In this document: positions 21,842 to 32,355 of the stretch, piece after piece
Position numbering within the stretch: the first letter of the stretch is position 1
Layout of the letters: each line of letters opens with the position of its first letter
From: Candidatus Poribacteria bacterium
GTDB taxonomy: Bacteria > Poribacteria > WGA-4E > WGA-3G
Direction of reading: 5' to 3'
Length of the DNA stretch: 64,000 nucleotides
Assembly (NCBI GenBank): GCA_965205025.1
Contig: CBDBFU010000026.1
Span: forward strand, 32,001 to 96,000
Made by a program: the position numbers and the translations under genes
Notes under the pieces: generated by a model
What the model was told of the DNA's origin: nothing
The model's input: the letters and a program-made list of their open reading frames with translations, nothing else
Database searches by the model: none

Positions 21842-23479
21842 CTATACAGGATTATCCTGCATAATTTCTTCATACTTTTCACGAAATTTATATAGATAAT
21901 TTCCATCTCCGTGATATGCGTCTATATCTGTTGTGTTCGGTTGAATTACTTCACCGCGTTTTAAAACTGAACTGCTATACGTTTCAATATCAAAAGGTTC
22001 ACCAGTAGACTTACAATATGCATTTGCTCCGGCAACTGCAGCCCCGAGTGCAGCCCCTCCTTTTTCAACAGGAATAACCGGTCTATTCCATATACCTGCA
22101 ACCCGTCGCATAATTTGAGGACTGTCTGTAGCTCCACCTGTTACATATAGTGGATTATCCGTTTGTCTTGTAAACACTTGTGAATAAACATAAACTGCTG
22201 CAAGACTGGTTTCTATAACCCCAGTGTAATCTTCAGCTAAATTCGGTGTTGTGGAATTATTCGGACGGATTAAGTCAAAAGCACCTGAGACAGGGAATGA
22301 TTCTGTCTTTGGTTGCCAAAATATCATATATTCTCCGGGTGAGACAGTGCTTAGTGCTTCTTCTGCTGGTGCATACTGTTCTTTTTCGTACCCATAATTT
22401 GATCTAACTGTATCCCATACCATTGCTCCATTTGTGCGACATCCAAACATAAATGGTCGACCTATCCCGTCATACATTGCATTTGCATATCCTTCAGGGT
22501 CAAGAGTATTTCCATCTGTTGAAACCATATTGACGAAACTTGTACCGAGACTAAGTAGGTCACCAGCAACTGGAACTTTCGCTTGAGGATTGTCCCCCGA
22601 ACCTGCAATGATTTTACATTCATTGTCAAAACCGTATTTCTGACTAAAATACATTGTGATATTTCCTACGACGGAATCTGGAGGCGTTAACTCAGGTAAT
22701 TTGGCTTGTAATCCTTCAACTTCCCCTGGGATTCCATCTGCAGTTGCTGCCAGCAGTTTGTTATCCCATACCTTGTCTCGATAGTTCATGAGCGACATAC
22801 CACAAGCGTTCCCGGTATCAATTGGTACTCTTGAATTACCTGTTAATACCGCAGGAATAAAGCTGCTAATTAGTTGTATGCATTTGGTAGCCTCATAATT
22901 ATCTGGATTCTGTTCTGCTACACGACGTATTACACCACCTGTGAATCTTAACGGTACATCAGACCCGGACAAGTCAATCGTTTTCGCTTTACCACCAACT
23001 GCTTCGCGTATATGATTTGTCTGTGACACGGTATTAGATGTCATCCATATCGGAGCAGTAGTATACGAGAACACACCTGCTAAAAGTGTTTGTAAATCCA
23101 ATGTAGTACTTTCTGCTCTTGAAAGATTAGAGAAAATAATCTCGTTGTTTTGGTTTAGGTATATATGACCGTGTTGTTGCCCTGATGTATTAATAGCAAC
23201 AATGTTTTCTAATGCAACCCCGGCGGAGCGTATGTCAGAAAACATCGCATCCAACGAAACAAGATACATTAATGGTGGCTGTTCTGCTTCTCCATCTGAC
23301 TTTGGAGGGAGGATATAGTCTTCACCGACACCAAAACAATTAGTTCGTTCATCTACACGATAGTCAATGGAATGTTCAAAACACTTTTCTGCTGTATCAA
23401 TATCAATAATGATTGCTGATAAACTTTGTGTGCTTGAATCTAAACCAAGGGAAAGACGATGTTTCTTATTCGTAGTCAC
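21842..23479 (-). CDS. FGGY-family sugar kinase, xylulokinase-like
   Basis: GLDSSTQS, SGQQHG, GSGDNP, SLGTS and GAALGAA motifs. Confidence 0.85.
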   Translation of the reverse strand: MTTNKKHRLSLGLDSSTQSLSAIIIDIDTAEKCFEHSIDYRVDERTNCFGVGEDYILPPKSDGEAEQPPLMYLVSLDAMFSDIRSAGVALENIVAINTSGQQHGHIYLNQNNEIIFSNLSRAESTTLDLQTLLAGVFSYTTAPIWMTSNTVSQTNHIREAVGGKAKTIDLSGSDVPLRFTGGVIRRVAEQNPDNYEATKCIQLISSFIPAVLTGNSRVPIDTGNACGMSLMNYRDKVWDNKLLAATADGIPGEVEGLQAKLPELTPPDSVVGNITMYFSQKYGFDNECKIIAGSGDNPQAKVPVAGDLLSLGTSFVNMVSTDGNTLDPEGYANAMYDGIGRPFMFGCRTNGAMVWDTVRSNYGYEKEQYAPAEEALSTVSPGEYMIFWQPKTESFPVSGAFDLIRPNNSTTPNLAEDYTGVIETSLAAVYVYSQVFTRQTDNPLYVTGGATDSPQIMRRVAGIWNRPVIPVEKGGAALGAAVAGANAYCKSTGEPFDIETYSSSVLKRGEVIQPNTTDIDAYHGDGNYLYKFREKYEEIMQDNPV

Positions 23480-23621
23480 TTAGAAGGTATCCTATTAGAA
23501 TTTATACTTGTCAAACTTAATATTTTTCAACCTAATTGTCGAAATTTTTATGATATTTAGAGCATATCTACGCCCTCTTATTCATTTACAATCGCAATAT
23601 TACTATCTACCGAGGAGATAC

Positions 23622-24614
23622 TTAATTTGATGCATCCATATCTTGTATGAACATAGACAGGTCTTGTACACGTAGTGCTATATTGAGTAATTGTTTAAGA
23701 CGAGTGACATCACTTATCCTTTCAATTGTTGGTCGTATTACTTTTACTCCATTTGGATCAAAACGATATTCCAATACTTCCAATAGAGACTCAAGAGCGT
23801 TTATCCTTGCTCCCAACTCTGTTCCCTGCTGTAGTCCTTGATGGTACCGTTCTTCCCCTGTAGTTTGTAATAGATGTTGGTAAACTGAAGATTCTTGCAT
23901 TACTTCCTCCGACAAAAAATTACCAATTGTTTGGTTAGTATGAATTAAACCACTCAGTACCCATTGAGACACTAAGAGATTGTTCCTAATATCTACAGGT
24001 AGAGAAAGAGTTTTCGTTTGGTCATTGCAATGTACTGCCCACCGAAGTCTATCCATTCCAGTCGGTGGTTGCATTAATGGTGCAAAAGGCGTGAGTCCAA
24101 TGTTATTCGATTCAAAGACAGATTTACCATCAAGTTCAATCAAACGAATGACCTTATACTCAACAATGAATTGGTAGTTCTGAATATTCTGCCGATAACC
24201 TCCTGGATCTTGCCTTCCTGCATTAGGACGAAGATAGATAACATGTGATAATATTGGTAATCCGTATTGTTCGTAACACCTTCCAAGGTAACCGACATTA
24301 CGACGAACCATATTCACAGATGAACTATCATCTACTTGGAATTCTATATGTACAAGTACGATTTCATCATCAAGTAATACCTTGATAAGACTATCTGTGC
24401 GTCGCACCTCAACTGTTGTAAATTCACTTTCGATTAATTCGAGAAATCTAAAATCAGATCTTGTTAATACCGTCTGCAAGATGTCTTCAGGAAATGATTT
24501 AATTGCATCTTTTGTAACAATATCATATCTATTATGCGGTAGTTTGGAAGGACCAGTATCAGATTTCTCCTTAATTAAGATAATATCGTTCGTAAGATTA
24601 TAGATGACAGACAA
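23622..24614 (-). CDS. Rpn/YhgA-like PD-(D/E)XK recombination-promoting nuclease / putative transposase
   Basis: YDIVTK, RRTDSLI, VHIEFQ and MQESSVYQ...QGLQQG tail; no TIRs seen. Confidence 0.78.
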   Translation of the reverse strand: MSVIYNLTNDIILIKEKSDTGPSKLPHNRYDIVTKDAIKSFPEDILQTVLTRSDFRFLELIESEFTTVEVRRTDSLIKVLLDDEIVLVHIEFQVDDSSSVNMVRRNVGYLGRCYEQYGLPILSHVIYLRPNAGRQDPGGYRQNIQNYQFIVEYKVIRLIELDGKSVFESNNIGLTPFAPLMQPPTGMDRLRWAVHCNDQTKTLSLPVDIRNNLLVSQWVLSGLIHTNQTIGNFLSEEVMQESSVYQHLLQTTGEERYHQGLQQGTELGARINALESLLEVLEYRFDPNGVKVIRPTIERISDVTRLKQLLNIALRVQDLSMFIQDMDASN

Positions 24615-24664
24615 TGTATTTTATTGCTCTTTCATTTGATTAATGCTTATATATTATGTGACGC

Positions 24665-25624
24665 CTAACTTCCAGGATATGCACGGTTTTCTAATTCAGC
24701 GATGAATTTTTCAGACGCAATAGCTGCAGCTGCCCCAGCTCCGGCAGCAGTAATTGCTTGACGGAATACATGATCATGCACATCACCTGCTGCATACACA
24801 CCTTCTATATTAGTCCGTTGCATTTCGTCAACCATGATATATCCTTGGTCGTCCATATCTATGATATCTGTGAACAGTGCTGTGTTCGGAATATGTCCAA
24901 TAAATATAAATACACCATCAATTGGGAATAGGTTAGTTTCACCGGTTTTTACATTCTTGAGTTGTGCCCCTGTTACTTTATCGTCATCACCGCAAATTTC
25001 TTCGACAACAGTATCCCAAATAAATTTAATTTTGTCGTTTTTAAAAGCTCGTTCTTGCATGATCTGACTTGCCCGAAGTTGATCACGTCGGTGTACAATG
25101 TAAACTTCGGAAGCGTATTTTGTTAAGAATATTCCTTCCTCTAATGCGGCATCTCCACCACCTACTACTATCAGTCTTTGGTCTTGAAAGAAAAAACCGT
25201 CGCATGTTGCACAATAGGAAACACCACGTCCGCCATATCCTTCTTCACCTGGAATATTAAGAGTTCGAGGCGACGCACCAGTACAGATAATCACAGATTT
25301 CGCATGATACTCTTTTTCGTAGGTTTTTACAACAAATGGATGCTGTACGAAATCAACTGTGGTTACTGTATCGAATTTTACTTCAGTTCCGAACCGTTCT
25401 GCTTGCTCCTGCATACCCTGAATAAAAACCGATGCTTCATTTCCGAAAAAACCAGGATAATTCTCAAGATCAAGTGTCAATGATAGTTGTCCACCGAGTG
25501 CTTCACCAGTAATAAGTATTGGTTCCAGCATTGCCCGGGACGTATAGACACCTGCAGCAAAACCTGCAGTACCGCCACCTATTATAACGATATTACGATT
25601 TTCAATGTTGTTTGTATTTTCCAT
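24665..25624 (-). CDS. trxB: Thioredoxin-disulfide reductase
   Basis: GGGTAG, GGQL..T..ENYPG, GVSYCATCDG, VGGGDAALEE and RQAITAAG motifs. Confidence 0.96.
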   Translation of the reverse strand: MENTNNIENRNIVIIGGGTAGFAAGVYTSRAMLEPILITGEALGGQLSLTLDLENYPGFFGNEASVFIQGMQEQAERFGTEVKFDTVTTVDFVQHPFVVKTYEKEYHAKSVIICTGASPRTLNIPGEEGYGGRGVSYCATCDGFFFQDQRLIVVGGGDAALEEGIFLTKYASEVYIVHRRDQLRASQIMQERAFKNDKIKFIWDTVVEEICGDDDKVTGAQLKNVKTGETNLFPIDGVFIFIGHIPNTALFTDIIDMDDQGYIMVDEMQRTNIEGVYAAGDVHDHVFRQAITAAGAGAAAAIASEKFIAELENRAYPGS

Positions 25625-25675
25625 TTTATGTTATGTGCGTCTTCAAACCTTCATATTGGTATTGAGACAGTAGAA

Positions 25676-26509
25676 TTATAGAATTTCCGTTGAAGTATGG
25701 GTGAATCTTGGAATCCCGTTAATTATTGGATACGTATGTTCACATCTATTACAGTGAAGGTTTTGTTCTTCCCTTAAAACCTTACCTTTACACTGTGGAC
25801 AAACCAGAATATCTTCTAAGTGAGTTTTTTTTCCAATCCTTTTCTTTGCTAAAACTGACTTAGCATGTGACACTAATCTTCGAGGTACCATGCTTTTAAC
25901 AAATACACCGAATCCGTTTTGTTTCTTTGAATCGGTTGATGCCAGAAGTTGTTCTATGGTCTGCTCACATTTTAGATCTAAAACGGAATCTTCTTCATCT
26001 GAGATTACGTAATTAATGTTTTCTTCCCATTCGTATTGTATAAGAAACAGATGATGGTGTGTAATATGGAAGCGTTTCCAGTATTTATCATTAACTGCTA
26101 AAGTATGAAAAAGTTGTCCAAATTGTGAATTCTTACTGTTTTTCTGTAATACCAATTGACCATCAATCAGATTAACCACCCAGTTATGATATTTCCATCC
26201 ATAAATCCGTTCACCAATTTCAGATGGGGTCTCAATATATCCGCGTTTTGCTACGCGCGTTAATTCAGCAATTAGTAAATTTGGATCTTCAACATGTTCC
26301 AATACATGTGAACAGATGACGTAGTCAAACGCTTTATCTGCGAAAGGTAGTAACTGTCCATCTGCTTCTACAATAGGTCTGTCAGTGACTATTTCTCCAC
26401 CCCGTTGTTCGCTATCCTCAATGAATTTATCACATAAAACATCCGATCTTGTTTTGGGATTGTGTCCACTTCCTATCTCTAAGACAAAATCGTTGGGACG
26501 AATGTTCAT
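25676..26509 (-). CDS. Class I SAM methyltransferase with C-terminal Trm112-like zinc finger
   Basis: VLEIGSG and FDYVICSHVLEH; LVCPQCK...CNRC..YPIINGIP. Confidence 0.85.
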   Translation of the reverse strand: MNIRPNDFVLEIGSGHNPKTRSDVLCDKFIEDSEQRGGEIVTDRPIVEADGQLLPFADKAFDYVICSHVLEHVEDPNLLIAELTRVAKRGYIETPSEIGERIYGWKYHNWVVNLIDGQLVLQKNSKNSQFGQLFHTLAVNDKYWKRFHITHHHLFLIQYEWEENINYVISDEEDSVLDLKCEQTIEQLLASTDSKKQNGFGVFVKSMVPRRLVSHAKSVLAKKRIGKKTHLEDILVCPQCKGKVLREEQNLHCNRCEHTYPIINGIPRFTHTSTEIL

Positions 26510-27390
26510 TTTTCGACAACCATTGTGATGTATGGACTCAAGAATGGGATGATATTTGCGACGATCTTGCCTTTAATACCAAAACCAACTGCTTTTTTTA
26601 CAATGGTGAATCGGTTGATTTTGAAGAACTGAGTTAGATCAATTGGAGAAGCATAATAGGCACTGTCAGCATCTCCACCAATTGCGTTGTCTTGTAAATC
26701 CGGATCCCGATAAAGAAAGTTAGGCGATTTTGTTAAGAATCGTTTTCTTATATAAAGTTTACAATTTCGTAATAATTGTTGCCGTGCTTGTTGTTTTGTT
26801 TCTCCCCATACTGGTCTTCCGGGTTTACCACACATTAATCGAAACCAATCAATTAGTGGTATCAGCGGAGAACACAGATTCGGTCCAGAAAGGACTATTC
26901 TTCCTCCTTTCCGAACAACCCTAACCATCTCATTGAGTGCGGTTTCAACATCTGGTAGATGTTCTATGAGTTCATTTGAACAAATTACATCAAATGAATC
27001 ATCATCATAAGGTAACTCCATCACATCACATACTTGATACTGGAGATTATCGTTTTCCCAATTTCTTGCTTCATTAAGAAATAGCGATGAGATATCAGTT
27101 CCAACGACATCATATCCTGCTTGATTCAGCAAACGAGCTGAAATGCCATTTCCACAACCAAGATCAAGAACTTTGGAAGTTGTGGGTGCATAACGGAGAA
27201 CTAATTCTACATAGTGCTGGAGATATGCCTCGTCGTGTGCATCTAAAAGCCCTTTATAGGTTTCGGATGTTTCGTAGAACTCACGCATTCGCTGCCGCAA
27301 CTGTAATGTGGTTTCAGATACTGGTGTTTCAAACATGCATTTTTTCAATTTTACAAAGAAATTATATCCATAATGGGATGGTTTTTGCAA
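26506..27390 (-). CDS. Class I SAM methyltransferase
   Basis: VLDLGCGNG, LPYDDDSFD and RVVRKGG motifs; true start may be the downstream Met (MFETP). Confidence 0.88.
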   Translation of the reverse strand: MQKPSHYGYNFFVKLKKCMFETPVSETTLQLRQRMREFYETSETYKGLLDAHDEAYLQHYVELVLRYAPTTSKVLDLGCGNGISARLLNQAGYDVVGTDISSLFLNEARNWENDNLQYQVCDVMELPYDDDSFDVICSNELIEHLPDVETALNEMVRVVRKGGRIVLSGPNLCSPLIPLIDWFRLMCGKPGRPVWGETKQQARQQLLRNCKLYIRKRFLTKSPNFLYRDPDLQDNAIGGDADSAYYASPIDLTQFFKINRFTIVKKAVGFGIKGKIVANIIPFLSPYITMVVEK

Positions 27391-27430
27391 TACAATCTGT
27401 GGAAGAGGTGTTTGTTAATGGAATGAAGTT

Positions 27431-27832
27431 TTATGAGCGTAGTTTATTCCAAGGGGGTTGATCATATACATCTATGAGTTGATATCCTTCATCACCTTTA
27501 CTGGGACTTAGGGTAACGAACAATTTTGCGGGTTGGGATGAAACATTAAAGGATGCATGTACTATGTCTGCTGCAATAAATACAGAGTCCCCTGCGTTTA
27601 AAGTCTGCTTCTCCTCTTCCAACCATTGTTCTACACTACCTTCAATAACATAGATTACCTCTTCTTGATCGGGGTGTTTATGGAAGTCATGACCATATCC
27701 AGGTGACAAACTAACCTCCATTGCAACGATGTCTTTTGCTTCTGTTGTTTCTGGACGACTAAGCCATCCAATAGTGCCCCAGTCCAAGTGGTCACGTTCC
27801 ACCTTTGCTGATGAAATAAATTTACCCTTCAC
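27431..27832 (-). CDS. Cupin domain protein
   Basis: HDFHKHPDQEEVIYVIEG and GDSVFI..VHA motifs; start moved to the GTG after an AGGAGA RBS. Confidence 0.85.
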   Translation of the reverse strand: MKGKFISSAKVERDHLDWGTIGWLSRPETTEAKDIVAMEVSLSPGYGHDFHKHPDQEEVIYVIEGSVEQWLEEEKQTLNAGDSVFIAADIVHASFNVSSQPAKLFVTLSPSKGDEGYQLIDVYDQPPWNKLRS

Positions 27833-27896
27833 GGCGTATGTGTTCTCCTTATTAACTTTGCTAATAATATCTAAATTATAATGATTATACATGCTT

Positions 27897-27924
27897 GTAG
27901 GTGAACTCAACTGAGTTCACCTAC
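27897..27924. terminator. Perfect 13-bp hairpin downstream of the LamG cluster
   Basis: GTAGGTGAACTCA-AC-TGAGTTCACCTAC. Confidence 0.65.
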
Positions 27925-27951
27925 AAATAAAGAGATATTATATCAATTACG

Positions 27952-28722
27952 TTAGTTTAGTGATTTAATAGTACCCCATGTTGTTGCTGCTTTATCAAGT
28001 GGGTCAACAGGGGTTCCGGCTTGGAATCCAACATTCATCTCTCTCTTCACTTCATCTTCTGATAATGCGCGGTTCCAAATACGGACTTCGTCAATCATAC
28101 CAAGGAAGAGGCGACTGGCTCCTTCCGCTGTAGTACCAACATAGACAACCGAAGTATCTGCAGCACCAGGTAAGGCGTTTTTTCCACCATATTCACCGAT
28201 ACTTTCACCATTTAGCCAATACCTATGGGTACCATTATCCACCTGTCCAACAACATGTTGCCATTTGTTCAGCTCAATTTTACCTTCACAGACACTTCCA
28301 CCACCAGCACTTAAATGCAGACATTCGCTTGGTGATTCGGTGTAAAAACTATAAGAACGTGGACTGTTCCCTTTTGAGAGGATACCTTGCCAACGAGCAT
28401 TGTTTGGTCCCATGTGTCTTTCGGTATGAATCCATGCCATGACGGTAACTTCGTTATCAACAGTAAGTACTGGGTCATGTGGAACTTCAATCCAATCACT
28501 TTCTCCGTTAAATTTGAGTGCTTTCCCAAATTTTCCATCAACTAACTCAGGTGCGCCTTTTATGGAACCTTGGTGTCCATAACGTGAATGGTCAATTGCT
28601 TGATCACCATCTACTTCATCGAAAGAAAAATAGAGGATAAGTGATTCATCCCCCTGAACTTCTGCAAAAGCAAAAGAGGTGACAAAAGCCAATAGGACTA
28701 ACATAATAAATAAGAATCTCAT
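27952..28722 (-). CDS. Secreted LamG / ConA-like lectin-fold protein
   Basis: Signal peptide; GKFGKALKF, WQHV and GMIDEVRIWNRALS motifs; C-terminal VDPLDKAATTWGTIK. Confidence 0.9.
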   Translation of the reverse strand: MRFLFIMLVLLAFVTSFAFAEVQGDESLILYFSFDEVDGDQAIDHSRYGHQGSIKGAPELVDGKFGKALKFNGESDWIEVPHDPVLTVDNEVTVMAWIHTERHMGPNNARWQGILSKGNSPRSYSFYTESPSECLHLSAGGGSVCEGKIELNKWQHVVGQVDNGTHRYWLNGESIGEYGGKNALPGAADTSVVYVGTTAEGASRLFLGMIDEVRIWNRALSEDEVKREMNVGFQAGTPVDPLDKAATTWGTIKSLN

Positions 28723-28812
28723 TAAATTTGTTCTCCTTTATGTCAACTACGGGTTTATGCAGTTGAATTATTTGATTATAGCGATAGCGTGATGCTATCA
28801 GTATTTATATAA

Positions 28813-29583
28813 CTATTTCTGAGTTTTTAGAGTTCCCCAAGTAGTTGTAACTTTCTGGCGTGGGTCAACAGGGAAAAGCTCAAAATATCCATTTTCCATC
28901 TGGTCATTCACTTCATCTTCCGTAAGTGCACGATTCCAGACTCGAACTTCATCAATTAAACCTAAGAATTGACGGTTACCTTCGTGAGTTTTCCCGATAA
29001 ACACCTCAAAGGTATCAGCATTTCCTGGTGGTGGATTCTTACCTGCGAATTCACCAGCACTCTTACCATTTATCCAATATCGATGTGTGCCGTTATCTAC
29101 TTGAGCAGCCACATGTTGCCATTCATTCAATGCAACTTTTCCATTACATACACTACCAGAACCACCTACACTCAGATGAAGACATTCACTTGGTGATTCG
29201 GTGTAGAAACTATAGGAACGTGGATTATTACCTTTAGCTACAATTCCTTGCCATCGTGCCCCACCTGGTCCCATGTGTCTTTCGGTATTAATCCAAGCCA
29301 TGACGGTAACTTCCTTATCAACAGTTAGGATTTCATCATGTGGAACAGTAATCCAATCACTGGAACCATTAAATTCGAGGGCTTTACCGAATTTTCCATT
29401 AACATGTTTCGGATTTCCAGCCATTTCACCGTGGTTTTCATACTTTGAGTGGTCAATTGTGTTTTTCCCATCAACGGTATCAAAAGACATATAGAGGATT
29501 AAAGACTCCTCTGGTTCATTTAATGCATGTGCTAATGAAGCAATAAACGTAAGAATTGTTAACATTATTAACAGTGATTTCAT
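28813..29583 (-). CDS. Secreted LamG domain protein (paralog 2)
   Basis: Same motifs as paralog 1; C-terminal VDPRQKVTTTWGTLK. Confidence 0.9.
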   Translation of the reverse strand: MKSLLIMLTILTFIASLAHALNEPEESLILYMSFDTVDGKNTIDHSKYENHGEMAGNPKHVNGKFGKALEFNGSSDWITVPHDEILTVDKEVTVMAWINTERHMGPGGARWQGIVAKGNNPRSYSFYTESPSECLHLSVGGSGSVCNGKVALNEWQHVAAQVDNGTHRYWINGKSAGEFAGKNPPPGNADTFEVFIGKTHEGNRQFLGLIDEVRVWNRALTEDEVNDQMENGYFELFPVDPRQKVTTTWGTLKTQK

Positions 29584-29672
29584 GTGTTCTCCTTTTAGTT
29601 ATAATTAGTTTCATATATCACTATCTGACATTGTAGAAATCAAGAATAGACGAAAAATGTCTGTTTAACTTA

Positions 29673-30455
29673 TTAATATATTATCTTAAAATTCCCCCAA
29701 GTGGTAGTTAATTTCTGTTGAGGATTTACAGCAAATATTTCAAAATGACCTTTGTTCATTTGTTTATTCACTTCTTCCTCAGAAAGAGCACGGTTCCAAA
29801 TTCGTACTTCGTCAATCATGCCGAGAAACCACCGTATATTTCCACCGCCTGCAGTACCAATAACAACTGGCGATGTGTCTTCAAGACCGGGTGGGTTGGG
29901 TTTATTACCCACTTCTCCTGCCTTCTCTCCGTTAATCCAATACCGGTGGGTTCCATTATCTACTTGCGCAACAACATGCTGCCATTCGTTTAGTTTCACT
30001 TCACCGTTGCAGACACTACCGCCACCATTTGGTGGACCTACACTGAAGTGTAAACACTTACTTTTTGACTCAGTCCAGAAACTATATGAACGTGGGTTGT
30101 TGCCTTTTGCTAAAATACCTTGCCATTGACCATCGTTTGGTCCTGTATGTCTTTCGGTATGAATCCATGCCATTACTGTGACATCTTGATCGACGGTAAG
30201 TGTTTCATGGTGTGGGATCTGTACAAAATCCTGATCGCCGTGAAATTGAAGTGCTTTACCGAATTTACCTTTAACGTGTTTGATGTCTCCCATCATTTCG
30301 CCATGGTTTTCATACTTGGAATGGTCAATTGTCTGCTTCCCATCAATTGTATCAAATGACATGTATAGGATTAAAGCGTCCTCTGGTTCATTTGCTGCAT
30401 GTCCAAATGAAGAGATAAAAGCAAGTAGGGTAAACATTAATACAAAAAACTTCAT
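29673..30455 (-). CDS. Secreted LamG domain protein (paralog 3)
   Basis: Same motifs as paralog 1; C-terminal VNPQQKLTTTWGNFK. Confidence 0.9.
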   Translation of the reverse strand: MKFFVLMFTLLAFISSFGHAANEPEDALILYMSFDTIDGKQTIDHSKYENHGEMMGDIKHVKGKFGKALQFHGDQDFVQIPHHETLTVDQDVTVMAWIHTERHTGPNDGQWQGILAKGNNPRSYSFWTESKSKCLHFSVGPPNGGGSVCNGEVKLNEWQHVVAQVDNGTHRYWINGEKAGEVGNKPNPPGLEDTSPVVIGTAGGGNIRWFLGMIDEVRIWNRALSEEEVNKQMNKGHFEIFAVNPQQKLTTTWGNFKIIY

Positions 30456-30492
30456 AAGTATACCTACAATTAAGTGTTTTTATTGCATCTAT

Positions 30493-32190
30493 TTATGGAT
30501 TATGCAATGGTCTCAATTTATTCCCTTCAACTGCCAAAAATCTTTGATTTACTTGTAAGTGTGTATTAGTGTCAATTTGACCAGATGGCCACCGAATCTC
30601 AATGTGATCAATCTGCTCCACTTTTCCAACACCAAAATGAGCACGTAAGTCATGAAATGAGAGATAACTACCACCACTCTGTACCTCACGGTATTGGGTA
30701 TGTGTGCCAGTTACAACCTTAATTTTAGCACCAATACCTGAACGGTTGCTTTTCTGACCCTCAAGTTGAATTTGAATCCAATTATTCTTATTCCCAATTA
30801 CATTTTGTAATAGATCCGGTTTCTGATTACAGTTTGTTACGAGGATATCAATGTCACCATCATTATCATAGTCACCTATTGCTGTTCCGCGACTTACTTT
30901 TTTGAGCGTCAATCCATCCGCTTGTGATTCTACCTTTTCAAATGTATTATCACCTAAATTCCTGAATAATAAGTTCTTTTGTGGATAACTAACATGCTTT
31001 TCAAGTTGAGATATGTTATCCATTAAATGACCATTAGCAACAAAGATATCTTGATAACCGTCGTTATCATAGTCAAAGAACTTTATTCCCCATCCAAGAT
31101 ATCCGTGTGTGACCTCGGCAATTCCTGAAGGGATCGTTTCATCAGAAAAGAAATCCCGGTTAAGATTGTTATAGAGTGTATTTGTTTCTGCTTGATAGTT
31201 ACTGACAGTCAGATCCAGTTGACCGTCGTTGTTGTAGTCGCCAAAATCTGTACCCATGCCAGCTTCTTCTTTACCCATATCATTATAGCAAACACCAGAA
31301 ATTAAAGCAATTTCAAAAAAACTCCCTTTTCCATTGTTTTGAAATAAATAGTTGGGATCTTGGTCATTCGCAACATATAGGTCCATATCGCCGTCATTAT
31401 CATAATCACCAAAGGTAACACCTAAACCATGCATAGGAGCAAGTCCCTTTGGTCGAGAGAAGGTGGAAATATCTGAAAAAGTGCCATCCTTATTATTTTT
31501 ATATAATGTATCGTGTATGGCTGGATAGGCATGCGGTCCACAATATACGTGAATACCTCGTTCATTACATTGTTTATCTTTTTTAGGGTCATATATTGCA
31601 TAGTTGGCTATATATAGGTCTAAGAATCCATCATTATCAATATCAGCAAATACACAACTTGTCCCCCAGTTTGGATTTCCTACACCTGCCTGTTTTGAAA
31701 TATCCGTAAACGTACCATCACCATTATTGCGATACATTTGATCATTGTCAAAGTTGCTAACGAATAGATCAAGATCTCCATCATTATCATAGTCTCCCAC
31801 GGTTGCACCTGTACCGTAAGATATACTACCAACACCTGCCTTTACAGTGGAATCCGTAAATGTACCATCCCCATTATTTTGGTAAAGAACATTCTGTGGT
31901 TTCTCATGCGTGTTCTCAGTTTGTATTGCTCCATTTATGAGATAGATGTCCAAATCACCATCATTGTCATAATCAAAGAATCCACCTCCTGAACCGAGAA
32001 ATTCATTAAATAGTCTTAACCCGCTTCTACCGTCGGTATGCTTAAATGTAATACCGGAAGTTTCGGTAGCATCAACAAAAATTTGTTCTGCTGAACTGAT
32101 GTTGTAAAATTGAAAACAGATGAAATACGAGATGAGTATTAAATTGATGTATAGGTAGGTATAATGTATATTACTTTTCTTCATAAGCAT
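30493..32190 (-). CDS. CRTAC1-family protein (FG-GAP/VCBS repeats + ASPIC/UnbV)
   Basis: Repeated DYDNDGDLD motifs; C-terminal SNRSGIGA..GGSYLS..HFGVG..IRWPSG. Confidence 0.92.
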   Translation of the reverse strand: MLMKKSNIHYTYLYINLILISYFICFQFYNISSAEQIFVDATETSGITFKHTDGRSGLRLFNEFLGSGGGFFDYDNDGDLDIYLINGAIQTENTHEKPQNVLYQNNGDGTFTDSTVKAGVGSISYGTGATVGDYDNDGDLDLFVSNFDNDQMYRNNGDGTFTDISKQAGVGNPNWGTSCVFADIDNDGFLDLYIANYAIYDPKKDKQCNERGIHVYCGPHAYPAIHDTLYKNNKDGTFSDISTFSRPKGLAPMHGLGVTFGDYDNDGDMDLYVANDQDPNYLFQNNGKGSFFEIALISGVCYNDMGKEEAGMGTDFGDYNNDGQLDLTVSNYQAETNTLYNNLNRDFFSDETIPSGIAEVTHGYLGWGIKFFDYDNDGYQDIFVANGHLMDNISQLEKHVSYPQKNLLFRNLGDNTFEKVESQADGLTLKKVSRGTAIGDYDNDGDIDILVTNCNQKPDLLQNVIGNKNNWIQIQLEGQKSNRSGIGAKIKVVTGTHTQYREVQSGGSYLSFHDLRAHFGVGKVEQIDHIEIRWPSGQIDTNTHLQVNQRFLAVEGNKLRPLHNP

Positions 32191-32202
32191 AAATTTCTAA
32201 AA

Positions 32203-32348
32203 TAATGTGAGTTTGATAAGACACATTGTACCCCAAACTTTTAGTTAACACCAGAGTGCACAAACTGGAAAGTTTGTGCTACAAAGACTATCTTCAGGAC
32301 AAAATTCTGTTTATCGAACTGATACTTATCATTATCAAACTGGCGTTA
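32203..32348. mobile_element. MITE-like shell with TA-ended TIRs carrying a REP
   Basis: TAATGTGAGTTTGATAA...TTATCAAACTGGCGTTA; internal GCACAAACT-GGAA-AGTTTGTGC-TAC at 32258-32282. Confidence 0.6.
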
Positions 32349-32355
32349 AAATATT

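Noticed and set aside
23622-24614. Rpn-like gene as a bounded mobile element
   Set aside because: No TIRs or target duplication found around it
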